A stretch of 58,079 nt of DNA from sequence record SRR22947725_2610; one strand, written 5' to 3'. Positions 19,020-27,906 of the stretch are shown in pieces. How positions within the stretch are numbered: position 1 is the first letter of the stretch; each line of letters opens with the position of its first letter. Both the position numbers and the translations under genes were made by a program. Under the pieces are notes generated by a model. The model searched no databases. It was not told the origin of the DNA and worked only from the letters and a program-made list of their open reading frames with translations.

Positions 19020-19451
19020 ATGAACAAACAAATCAAAATTTCTACTGTCCTTGTTACTCTCGTAAGTGCATTTCTGGTTTATGCTTCATTTGTTCTTGGG
19101 AACTCGGAAGACTATCTATTCCCAAGACTCATTTCATCGATGATTGCAGTGTTATCTCTGATGCTGTGGTTTGAGAAAGGGGATGCCGACAAATCCACTA
19201 ATTTCAAAGACTTAATGCCTGGCATTGCGATTGCCACAGCATTTATCTTATTACTCAAAATACTAGGCTTTTATTTGGCCTCAATGATCGTATTCTTTTC
19301 GCTTGTGATGTATTACAGCAAGCCTTCAGAATCAAAAGACTTTTGGCGTGTGTTGCTCATAAAACTGGGTATCACTATTGTGTTCACTATGACGCTTTAT
19401 GGGTTATTTACACTACTTTTACAGGTTCGCACTCCAGAAGGTTTGTTTTAA
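19020..19451 (+). CDS. tctB: tripartite tricarboxylate transporter small subunit TctB
   Basis: 4 hydrophobic helices, FP motif, LGF, C-terminal LQVRTPEG; between tctA and tctC. Confidence 0.85.
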   Translation: MNKQIKISTVLVTLVSAFLVYASFVLGNSEDYLFPRLISSMIAVLSLMLWFEKGDADKSTNFKDLMPGIAIATAFILLLKILGFYLASMIVFFSLVMYYSKPSESKDFWRVLLIKLGITIVFTMTLYGLFTLLLQVRTPEGLF

Positions 19452-19473
19452 TAATAAAAAAAAAGGAGAAGTA

Positions 19474-20433
19474 ATGAAAATTATAAATATAACAAAAGTA
19501 GCCCTGCTTGCTATAGCATCATTGATGCTAATGCCAGCTCAGGCTGACTACCCTGATAAGCCTATTGGCGTCATGGTAGCTTATGGCCCTGGTGGTGCCA
19601 CAGACTTCCAAGCTAGAATCGCAACACTTGCGTCTGGCAAAGAGGATCTTATTGGTCAGCCGATCTATATTCTTAATAAGCCTGGTGCTGGTGGTAGAAA
19701 GGGTTGGAACTGGTTTGCCAGTGAAGCCTCACAGGATGGATATATGCTAGGTGCATATAATGTCCCTCACTTTATAGCTCAGTCAATTGTATTTGATACA
19801 AAATACAATATTAACAACCTAGAGCCAATCGGAAACTGGGGTGCAGATCCTGCGGTATTAATTGTTGGCAAGGACAGCCCATTCAATACAGTTGGAGAGC
19901 TATTAGCTCACGCAGAAGCAAATCCTGGTGCTGTCACAATAAGTGGTGCTGGAAAGTTTGTTGGTCACCATATTGCATTTTTGCAGTTTGCTAAGGCTTC
20001 AGGTGCTAACTTAACTTATATCCCAGCTTCGGGTGGTGTAGACGCATTAAGAATGGTCAAGGCTGGAGAAACAGTAGCTGGATTTAATAACCTTTCTGAC
20101 TCCGCTAGAAGTGCAGCTGATCTTAAGATATTAGCAGTTGCAGACCTGTCAAGACATGAGTACTTGCCTGACGTACCTACACTTCAGGAGAGCGGTGTTG
20201 ACGTTGATGATTCAAGTGTTAACTTCCGTGGATTGATGGTTCCAGCAGGAACTCCACAGGATGTTATTGACTATCTTGCTAGTAAAGTGCCAAATATGTT
20301 TGGTGAAAAGAAGACTGTAGGAAAAATGAAGTCAACTAACTCGCCTGCAAGAATAATGAATAGAGGTGAGGTTATAAGCATGTGGAATGAAAGACAGGCT
20401 TATTTAACAGATCTTTTGGCTGGTCTTCAATAA
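19474..20433 (+). CDS. tctC: tripartite tricarboxylate transporter substrate-binding protein TctC/Bug
   Basis: start moved to ATG 19474 after AAGGAG; signal peptide, YPDKPI, PGGATD, NKPGAGG, PDVPTL. Confidence 0.92.
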   Translation: MKIINITKVALLAIASLMLMPAQADYPDKPIGVMVAYGPGGATDFQARIATLASGKEDLIGQPIYILNKPGAGGRKGWNWFASEASQDGYMLGAYNVPHFIAQSIVFDTKYNINNLEPIGNWGADPAVLIVGKDSPFNTVGELLAHAEANPGAVTISGAGKFVGHHIAFLQFAKASGANLTYIPASGGVDALRMVKAGETVAGFNNLSDSARSAADLKILAVADLSRHEYLPDVPTLQESGVDVDDSSVNFRGLMVPAGTPQDVIDYLASKVPNMFGEKKTVGKMKSTNSPARIMNRGEVISMWNERQAYLTDLLAGLQ

Positions 20434-20456
20434 AGTAAAATCTATTGAAAATTAAT

Positions 20457-20485
20457 TTTGCTAGGGAGTTTTGCTCCCTAGCAAA
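20457..20485 (+). terminator. strong intergenic hairpin after tctC (partial terminator or mRNA stabiliser)
   Basis: TTTGCTAGGGAG-ttttg-CTCCCTAGCAAA, weak U-tail. Confidence 0.7.
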
Positions 20486-20506
20486 TCTTATTAACAATAA
20501 TTCAAA

Positions 20507-23416
20507 ATGACGATCCAACACAACACCTTAATTGAAAAGCTAGTCGCTAATGCGAAAAAAGCTCAAGAAACAATCAATAACTACTCCCAAGAGCAAGTTG
20601 ATGAATTAATATTAGCGGTAGCCTGGGAGATTATTCAGCCAGAAAATAACCAAGAACTCTCCGAGATGGCAGTTAAAGATACGGGTCTTGGAAATATTGA
20701 AGATAAAAAACGCAAAAATCGACGTAAAACACTGGGACTTTTAAGAGACTTAAAGGGCGTAAAAACGGTCGGCATTATTGATCAAAATGTTCAAAAAGGC
20801 ATCATTGAAATAGCCAGGCCTGTTGGCGTTATTGGGGCAGTTGTACCCTCTACAAACCCAGTTGCAACTCCCCTTAATAAAGTCATCAATGCTTTAAAGT
20901 GTAGAAATGCAATCATTCTTGCGCCATCACCAAAAGGTGCTAAAGTTTGTACGCGTGTTGTCGAGCTTATCCAAATAGCACTTACTCGAATTGGAGCTCC
21001 AAAAAACATTGTTCAGTCCCTGCCTGAGCCGATCAGCAAGGAAGACACCAATGAGCTATCTAAACTTGTAGATTTAATTGTCGCAACAGGCTCTCAAAAC
21101 AATATTCAAAGGGCGCTTCAGAGTGGGACTCCAACGCTTGGAGTAGGAGTTGGCAATGTCCCCTCCATTATTGATGAGAGCGCTAATCTTAATGATGCGT
21201 CTCACAAAATTATGACTTCAAAAACGTTTGATAATGCAACTAGCTGCTCCTCTGAGAATAGCATCATAGTTCTAGAGAGTGTTTATGAAGAACTAATTAA
21301 ATCTCTAGAGGAAGAGGGTGGCTCCCTCTTAGACATCCAAGAGAAAAAAATACTCCAACAAGGCATGTGGAGTGAAAATGGCATTATCAATAGAGACATC
21401 ATAGCTAAGAAGTCAAACGAAATAGCTACACTTGTTGGCCTTAAAGGTAATCATTTGAGCTCAAAATTCCTCATGGTAGAGGAGCAAAATGTAGGTCTAG
21501 ACTTTCCATTTTCAATGGAAAAGCTGTCCCCTGTTTTGGCAGTATATAAAGCAAAAGACTTTAGTCATGCAGTTGAAATTGCAACACTGATTTTAAAAAA
21601 TCAAGGTAAAGGACACTCGTGCGGCATTCATAGCCAAAACGAGGACAACATAGAAAGGCTTGGAATGGAGCTTCCAGTGTGCAGAGTTATTGTAAACCAA
21701 GCTCACTGCTTTGCGACTGGCGGTAATTTTGATAATGGACTTCCATTTTCTTTATCAATGGGCTGCGGAACCTGGGGCAACAATGTCACTGATGAAAATT
21801 TAAATTACAAGCACTATCTAAACATTACCAAAATTGTCAAAACTATTGAACCTGATGAGCCATCTGAAAAAGATATTTTCTCGGATTACTGGGAAAAGTA
21901 CTCCTTGAAAAGCTCAACAGTGACAAAGTTAGTTGACCAGTATGCTTATGATACACCTGAGAAAAATTTCCTAATTGATGCAGATCTAAATCTTCACGTG
22001 TCATACAGTCAGCTTCAAAAAGATATACTCGCTTTAGGCACTTTCTTTAAAGCAAACAGCATTCATTCAAATGACAAGGTTGGATTTATGCTTGATAATG
22101 GTTACGCCTCAACGCTGCTTTTTGTTGGTGCAATGTACCATGGCGTTGTCATCGTTCCTTTGAACGTCTTAGCAGGCTCTAAACAAATTAAATATACAAT
22201 TGATCACTCAGAGTGCAAAATCATCTTTGCATCAAGCCTCTACACTGATAAGTTCAAAGACATTTTGAGTGCTTCAGATGCAAGTGTTGTAGAGTATAGT
22301 CAAATTGATAGTCTAAAGATTGCTGATAAAGATTCATTAGATGAGGCAATGACCTTAACTGATCCAGATACACCAGCAGTTTTAATTTATACATCTGGGA
22401 CAACAGGCGTTCCAAAAGGCGCTCTTTTATCTCATAAAAATGTAATTGCTGGGGGCAGGAACACGGTCATCGCTCACGAGATCAGTTCGAGTGATATTTC
22501 GTTCTGCGTATTACCGCTCTATCATATTAATGCTGAAATGGTATCCATTGCAAGTGCGCTAGTTAGTAATAGCTGCGTGGTGACGGTTGGCAAGTTCAGC
22601 GTTAAGAATTTTTGGCAAATAATTGAAAAATATGAATGCAGCTGGTTTAGTGTTGTTCCAACAATTATTAATTACTTACTAAATGATAATTTTAATGTCA
22701 AAACATTAGAACTGAAAAATTTGCGCTTTGGTCGCTCTGCTTCAGCACCTCTTTCACCAGAGGTTCACAAGAAGTTTGAAAAAACGTTTGGCGTGAAGAT
22801 TATTGAAACGATGGGACTAACTGAGACAGCCGCTCAAATACTGTCCAACCCACCTACCAATGGAAAGCATGGCTCTGCTGGAAAAGCTTACGGCAATGAA
22901 GTCAGAGTCATAGCAGATAACGGTAGTTACCTTTCTCATGGAAATACAGGAGAGTTAGTCATTAAAGGTGACAACGTTTTATTAGAATATTTTAAGAATG
23001 AAGAGGCAACTTCTGGAGCCTTCAATGAGGATGGCTATTTTTTAACAGGCGACCTTGGTGTTGAAGATGAAGATGGGTTCTTCTTCATAACAGGAAGAAA
23101 GAAAGAGCTTATCATAAAGGGTGGTGAAAACATCTCACCAAGAGAGATTGATGATACTTTATACAAGCATAACGCTGTATTAGAAGCTTGCACCTTCGGT
23201 ATTGAAGATGATAACTATGGTGAAGAAATATCAGCCTGTGTCTTTTTAAAGGACGATCTTGTTGCCAATGAAAAGGAACTTCTTGACCTATGCAAGGCTG
23301 ACCTTGGTGAATATAAAACCCCCAGACAGATTATTTTTGTAGATGAGCCTTTACCCAAAGGCCCTTCAGGAAAAATTCAAAGACTTAAAATTGCAAGTCA
23401 ATACGGCAGGGCTTAA
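20507..23416 (+). CDS. fused acylating (sulfoacet)aldehyde dehydrogenase + acid-CoA ligase (SauS-SauT-like)
   Basis: N-half: PSTNP, ATGS, GVGVGN, KTFDNATSCSSEN, EKLSP, QAHCFATGGNFDNGLPFSLSMGCGTWG; C-half: YTSGTTGVPKG, ETMGLTET, TGDLG, LPKGPSGKIQR; no stop at junction. Confidence 0.85.
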   Translation: MTIQHNTLIEKLVANAKKAQETINNYSQEQVDELILAVAWEIIQPENNQELSEMAVKDTGLGNIEDKKRKNRRKTLGLLRDLKGVKTVGIIDQNVQKGIIEIARPVGVIGAVVPSTNPVATPLNKVINALKCRNAIILAPSPKGAKVCTRVVELIQIALTRIGAPKNIVQSLPEPISKEDTNELSKLVDLIVATGSQNNIQRALQSGTPTLGVGVGNVPSIIDESANLNDASHKIMTSKTFDNATSCSSENSIIVLESVYEELIKSLEEEGGSLLDIQEKKILQQGMWSENGIINRDIIAKKSNEIATLVGLKGNHLSSKFLMVEEQNVGLDFPFSMEKLSPVLAVYKAKDFSHAVEIATLILKNQGKGHSCGIHSQNEDNIERLGMELPVCRVIVNQAHCFATGGNFDNGLPFSLSMGCGTWGNNVTDENLNYKHYLNITKIVKTIEPDEPSEKDIFSDYWEKYSLKSSTVTKLVDQYAYDTPEKNFLIDADLNLHVSYSQLQKDILALGTFFKANSIHSNDKVGFMLDNGYASTLLFVGAMYHGVVIVPLNVLAGSKQIKYTIDHSECKIIFASSLYTDKFKDILSASDASVVEYSQIDSLKIADKDSLDEAMTLTDPDTPAVLIYTSGTTGVPKGALLSHKNVIAGGRNTVIAHEISSSDISFCVLPLYHINAEMVSIASALVSNSCVVTVGKFSVKNFWQIIEKYECSWFSVVPTIINYLLNDNFNVKTLELKNLRFGRSASAPLSPEVHKKFEKTFGVKIIETMGLTETAAQILSNPPTNGKHGSAGKAYGNEVRVIADNGSYLSHGNTGELVIKGDNVLLEYFKNEEATSGAFNEDGYFLTGDLGVEDEDGFFFITGRKKELIIKGGENISPREIDDTLYKHNAVLEACTFGIEDDNYGEEISACVFLKDDLVANEKELLDLCKADLGEYKTPRQIIFVDEPLPKGPSGKIQRLKIASQYGRA

Positions 23417-23498
23417 ATTAGAATTGAGTTTAATTCTCAAGATATAAAAAATTTACCATTTTCGGGTAAACTATGTCTATCCTTAAAGAGACTCGTTT

Positions 23499-24461
23499 AT
23501 GGCATTACTTGATGATTTAACCAGCAAGGCTAAAAGCAAATATCCTCGAATTTTATTACCTGAATCGACTGACTCCAGAATCATAGCGGCAGCCAAGTCA
23601 ATTAAAGATCAAAAAATAGCTCAAATAGTCCTTTTTGATGAAGAGTCTGCATCTTCTTTGGGGCTTGAGTCAATCAACCCAAAAAACGAAGATTTGAAAG
23701 CACAATATACGCAGACATTATTTGAGCTACGAAAACATAAAGGTGTGACAGTCGAATCAGCATTAGAGATGCTTTCAAATAAAAGTGTCTTTGCTATGAT
23801 GGCTCTTCAAAGGGGCGACGTTGATGGGGTTGTTACTGGCGCAATAACGCCGAGCCAAGAAGTCCTGAGTAACGCACTGAGGATTGTTGGGGTTGCAGAG
23901 GGAAGTAAGCTGGTTTCAAGCTTGTTCTTAATGGTTTTTGACGATAATCATAGTATGTATGGCGGCAACTTGATTTTTTCTGACTGCGCAATGAATATTA
24001 ATCCAAATTCTGAAGAGTTGGCCGAGATTGCTAAAAGCGCATACGAGACGGCGCAATCTCTTCTAACACAGAGCCCTAAACTCGCTATGCTTTCATTTTC
24101 TACTAATCAGAGTGCTAAGCATGCTGAGGTGGATAAGGTAAGAGAGGCAACTGAGCTTCTAAGATCATCACTTCCAGATATTAACATTATCGGTAATGTT
24201 CAGCTGGATGCTGCACTAGATCCAGACGTATTAAAAATCAAAGATTCAGATTCCTCTTTCTTGCCACCTGCCAATGTGTTTATCTTCCCGAATCTGGATG
24301 CTGGGAATATAGGCTATAAATTAGTCCAGCGATTCTCTGGCGCTAGAGCGATTGGCCCAATCCTTCAAGGGCTCTCAAAGCCAGTCAATGACTTATCTAG
24401 AGGTTGCAGCGTTGATGAAATCATTAATACGGTGGTTGTAACAGCAAATCAGTGTAAGTAG
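23499..24461 (+). CDS. pta: phosphate acetyltransferase (short form)
   Basis: LPE..D.R, SDCAMN, MLSFST, QLDAA, FPNLDAGNIGYK, PVNDLSRG. Confidence 0.92.
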   Translation: MALLDDLTSKAKSKYPRILLPESTDSRIIAAAKSIKDQKIAQIVLFDEESASSLGLESINPKNEDLKAQYTQTLFELRKHKGVTVESALEMLSNKSVFAMMALQRGDVDGVVTGAITPSQEVLSNALRIVGVAEGSKLVSSLFLMVFDDNHSMYGGNLIFSDCAMNINPNSEELAEIAKSAYETAQSLLTQSPKLAMLSFSTNQSAKHAEVDKVREATELLRSSLPDINIIGNVQLDAALDPDVLKIKDSDSSFLPPANVFIFPNLDAGNIGYKLVQRFSGARAIGPILQGLSKPVNDLSRGCSVDEIINTVVVTANQCK

Positions 24462-24463
24462 CT

Positions 24464-26083
24464 CTACATTCCTATGTAGTTTGGTCCGCCTCCGCCTTCT
24501 GGCGGTACCCAGTTAATGTTTTGTGATGGATCTTTTATGTCACAGGTCTTACAGTGAAGACAGTTTTGAGCGTTGATTTGAAAATAGTCCTCACCTTCTT
24601 TGTCAACAATCTCATAGACGCCAGCAGGGCAGTACCTTTGTGCTGGTTCATCAAACAACTCTTTATTACGATTCAACGGGATAGAAGGGTCAGTTAATTT
24701 AAGGTGAACGGGCTGATCTTCCTCGTGATTTGTACCTGAGAGAAATAGTGATGAAGTGATATCAAAACTTAAAACATTGTCTGGGGCAGGGTACTCTTTG
24801 GAATAGAGTGGATTATTTAAGTTTAGCGAGTCGCAATCCCTTTGCTCATCTTTGATAGTGACTGGCAATGAATTTCTAAAGATATTTGACTCTATAAAGT
24901 TATAGGCAGCACCTATATAAAAGCCAAACTTATGCATTGCTGCACTGAAGTTTCGTGACTTGTAAAGCTCATTATAGAGTGCACTACTTTTAAATAAATC
25001 ATCAAACTCACATATCTCTTCTGAAAGTATTTTGTTAATATATTCAGCAGCTAAAATGCCTGACTGTAGCGCGCAATGGCTTCCCTTAATCTTACTTGGA
25101 TTAAGAGTCCCAGCGTCACAACCAATTATCATTCCACCATTAAAGTCCATCTTCACAAGTGAATTTATACCGCCTTTAGTGATCGCTCTAGCGCCGTATG
25201 AAACACGCTTACCTGACTCTAAAAATTGTTTAATTTTTGGGTGTTTTTTAAACTGTTGAAATTCTTGGAAAGGGCTGTGACTTGGATTAGTATAGTTAAG
25301 GTCAACAATCAGGCCTACAGCAATACGATTGTTGTCAAAATGGTAAAGGAAGCCGCCTCCGGTTGTTCCTTCGTTGAGTGGCCAGCCCATTGTATGGACA
25401 ACATCTCCAGCGCTATACATGTCATTTTCAACTTCCCAGACCTCTTTAAATCCGATTGCAAAGTGTTGCGGCGTTTTGCCTTCATCGAGATTGAACTCTT
25501 TGATAAGCTGCTTACCTAGGTGACCCCTTGCGCCTTCAGCAAAAATGGTCTGTTTTGCAAGAATATCCATTCCGGGTGTGTAGGTACCTTTTTGGTTGCC
25601 TTCTTTATCAATCCCCATGTCACCAGTTGAAATACCAATAACTCTACCACTTTCATCTTTAATGTAGCTTTGAGCTGGAAAGCCTGGAAAGATATCTACA
25701 CCAAGCTCCATCGCCTTTTCAGAGATCCACTGACAGAGTTCACCCAAAGAAATAATGTAGTTGCCTTTGTTGTGAAGACTCTTTGGCATTAACCAAGAGG
25801 GTACTTTAATACTCTTATTTTCTCCTGTTAGCCAGAACAGCTCATCTTTGGCAACCTGAGTTTTAAGTGTTGGGCAATCTTTAGCGTCCTCAGGAAACAA
25901 ATCAAAGAGCGTTTTGGGTTCAAAAACTGCACCTGAGAGAATATGGGAGCCTATTTCAGATCCTTTTTCTAGGAGACAGACAGAGAGGTTTGGATTGAGC
26001 TGCTTGAGTTTGCAAGCGGAAGAGAGCCCTGATGGACCGCCACCCACTATTACAACATCATATTTAATCGATTCTCTATCCAT
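24464..26083 (-). CDS. electron transfer flavoprotein-ubiquinone oxidoreductase
   Basis: GGGPSGL, EKGSEIGSHILSGA, YCPAGVYE, NCLHCKTCDIKDP. Confidence 0.95.
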   Translation of the reverse strand: MDRESIKYDVVIVGGGPSGLSSACKLKQLNPNLSVCLLEKGSEIGSHILSGAVFEPKTLFDLFPEDAKDCPTLKTQVAKDELFWLTGENKSIKVPSWLMPKSLHNKGNYIISLGELCQWISEKAMELGVDIFPGFPAQSYIKDESGRVIGISTGDMGIDKEGNQKGTYTPGMDILAKQTIFAEGARGHLGKQLIKEFNLDEGKTPQHFAIGFKEVWEVENDMYSAGDVVHTMGWPLNEGTTGGGFLYHFDNNRIAVGLIVDLNYTNPSHSPFQEFQQFKKHPKIKQFLESGKRVSYGARAITKGGINSLVKMDFNGGMIIGCDAGTLNPSKIKGSHCALQSGILAAEYINKILSEEICEFDDLFKSSALYNELYKSRNFSAAMHKFGFYIGAAYNFIESNIFRNSLPVTIKDEQRDCDSLNLNNPLYSKEYPAPDNVLSFDITSSLFLSGTNHEEDQPVHLKLTDPSIPLNRNKELFDEPAQRYCPAGVYEIVDKEGEDYFQINAQNCLHCKTCDIKDPSQNINWVPPEGGGGPNYIGM

Positions 26084-26094
26084 TAATTACTATT

Positions 26095-27021
26095 TTATAC
26101 CTGATAAGCGTTTAATTCATTAAGTGCATCAAATAAGTCGACCTGCCAGACTATATCAGCCATCCTTGACATTGGTGCGTCTGGATCGTTGTTTATCACG
26201 ACAATAACTTGAGAATCTTTCATTCCAGCAAGATGCTGAATCGCTCCAGAAATTCCAACAGCAAGGTAAAGCTTAGGCGCAACAACCTTTCCAGTTTGTC
26301 CAACTTGATAGTCATTAGAAATAAACCCGGCGTCAACTGCAGCCCTTGAGGCGCCAACTGCGGCGTCTAGTTTATCTGCTAACTGCTCAATCATTGCAAA
26401 GTTATCTTTAGACCCAAGCCCTCTACCGCCAGATACAATGCGCTCTGCAGTAGTTAGTTCTGGACGCTCTGATTGTGACTCTTGAAGAGAGATAAATGTG
26501 GAGTTTGACTCTGGCATTGCAGGAGACAACGCTTCTACAGCAGCAGAACCACCATCTTCAGCATGCTCAAAGGCAGTTGCTCTGACCGTCATGACAATCG
26601 TATCATCAGAAGTCTCTACAGTTGCCATCACATTGCCAGCATACAAAGGTCTGACAAAGGTGTTTGATGATTTAATCTCACAGACATCCGAGATAGGCTG
26701 AACATCAAGGAGAGCACCAACGCGCGGCAAAATATTTTTACTGTAAGTAGATGAGCCTGAAACCAAGAATTTGTAATCAGACATGACATCAGCAATCAGT
26801 TTGCTTGCAACTTCCACATTAGCATGCTCAAGAGAATCATCAACGATTGTTTTGACAGTGTTAATTCCACTCATCGAAGCGGCTGAGCTTGCGTTAGCTG
26901 AATCGTTAGTGAGAACTATTGCATCAACACTATCAGAAAGCTGAAGGGCTGCAGTTAATGCTGCTCTGCTATTTGCGCTAACCTCTGAACCATTTAGTTC
27001 GATTAATATAAGTGCTGACAT
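26095..27021 (-). CDS. etfA: electron transfer flavoprotein alpha subunit
   Basis: SGGRG, GASRAAVDAG, QVGQTGK, GISGAIQHLAGM. Confidence 0.95.
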   Translation of the reverse strand: MSALILIELNGSEVSANSRAALTAALQLSDSVDAIVLTNDSANASSAASMSGINTVKTIVDDSLEHANVEVASKLIADVMSDYKFLVSGSSTYSKNILPRVGALLDVQPISDVCEIKSSNTFVRPLYAGNVMATVETSDDTIVMTVRATAFEHAEDGGSAAVEALSPAMPESNSTFISLQESQSERPELTTAERIVSGGRGLGSKDNFAMIEQLADKLDAAVGASRAAVDAGFISNDYQVGQTGKVVAPKLYLAVGISGAIQHLAGMKDSQVIVVINNDPDAPMSRMADIVWQVDLFDALNELNAYQV

Positions 27022-27783
27022 TTATAGAACTCCCATTTGATTTAACTCAGTGAATAGCTCTTCAGCAGAACTAATCTGCTTTGAGGCTCTATCTTTAGTG
27101 CCTGACTCCTCTACACTGACGACCTTAATACGAGGAGATGTGTCAATTCCAAGACTCGATAATTCAATCGTCTCTAATGGCTTAGATCTTGCCTTCATAA
27201 TGTTTGGAAGTGAGGCATATCTTGGCTCGTTTAATCTAAGATCAACGGTTACGATGGCAGGCAAGTTAAGTTTTCTAGTTTCAATACCTGAGTCAATTTC
27301 ACGGCTGACTTCTACACTATTAGAGTCAGAACTTAAATCAAATTTAGAGATAAATGTGCCCAGTGAATAATTTAATAAACCAGATAATATTTGACCAGTC
27401 TGGTTATTGTCATTGTCAACAGCTTGCTTACCCATAATGATAAGCTGCGCTTCCTCACGCTGAATGATATTAGCTAGAATTTTGCCAACATGAAGCGGCT
27501 GAAGATCAAGCTCTGAATCGGTTTTAATAAATATAGCGCGATCAACGCCCATGGCCAGAGCAGTTCTGAGCGTGTCAACCGTTTTATCGGTACCTATACT
27601 CACAGCAATGGTCTCAGTAGCAGCGCCACTTTCTTTTAAAGTTAACGCCTCCTCCACTGCAATCTCACAAAAGGGATTCATCGCCATTTTTGCATTTGAT
27701 AAATCGACCTGCTGAGTCTGCTTATTTACTCGAGCCTGCGTGTAAGGATCGAGAACTCTTTTAACTGGAATAATTATTTTCAT
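27022..27783 (-). CDS. etfB: electron transfer flavoprotein beta subunit
   Basis: MNPFCEIAVEEA, ALAMG.D, GKQAVD, LNEPRYASLPNIMKA. Confidence 0.95.
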   Translation of the reverse strand: MKIIIPVKRVLDPYTQARVNKQTQQVDLSNAKMAMNPFCEIAVEEALTLKESGAATETIAVSIGTDKTVDTLRTALAMGVDRAIFIKTDSELDLQPLHVGKILANIIQREEAQLIIMGKQAVDNDNNQTGQILSGLLNYSLGTFISKFDLSSDSNSVEVSREIDSGIETRKLNLPAIVTVDLRLNEPRYASLPNIMKARSKPLETIELSSLGIDTSPRIKVVSVEESGTKDRASKQISSAEELFTELNQMGVL

Positions 27784-27906
27784 ATTAGATTAAAAAATTC
27801 ATTAAAAACTCGCGAATAATACCATATAAATAAGATTTGTCTATCATTACAAATTACAATTTTTTAGACGCAATAAAATCAACTTTTATAGACATTTCAA
27901 TATCCA

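Noticed and set aside
19399-19473. N-terminal extensions in the track for tctC (also DUF1185, alr, glyA, second MFS)
   Set aside because: Downstream ATGs have better RBSs or spacing and avoid long overlaps.
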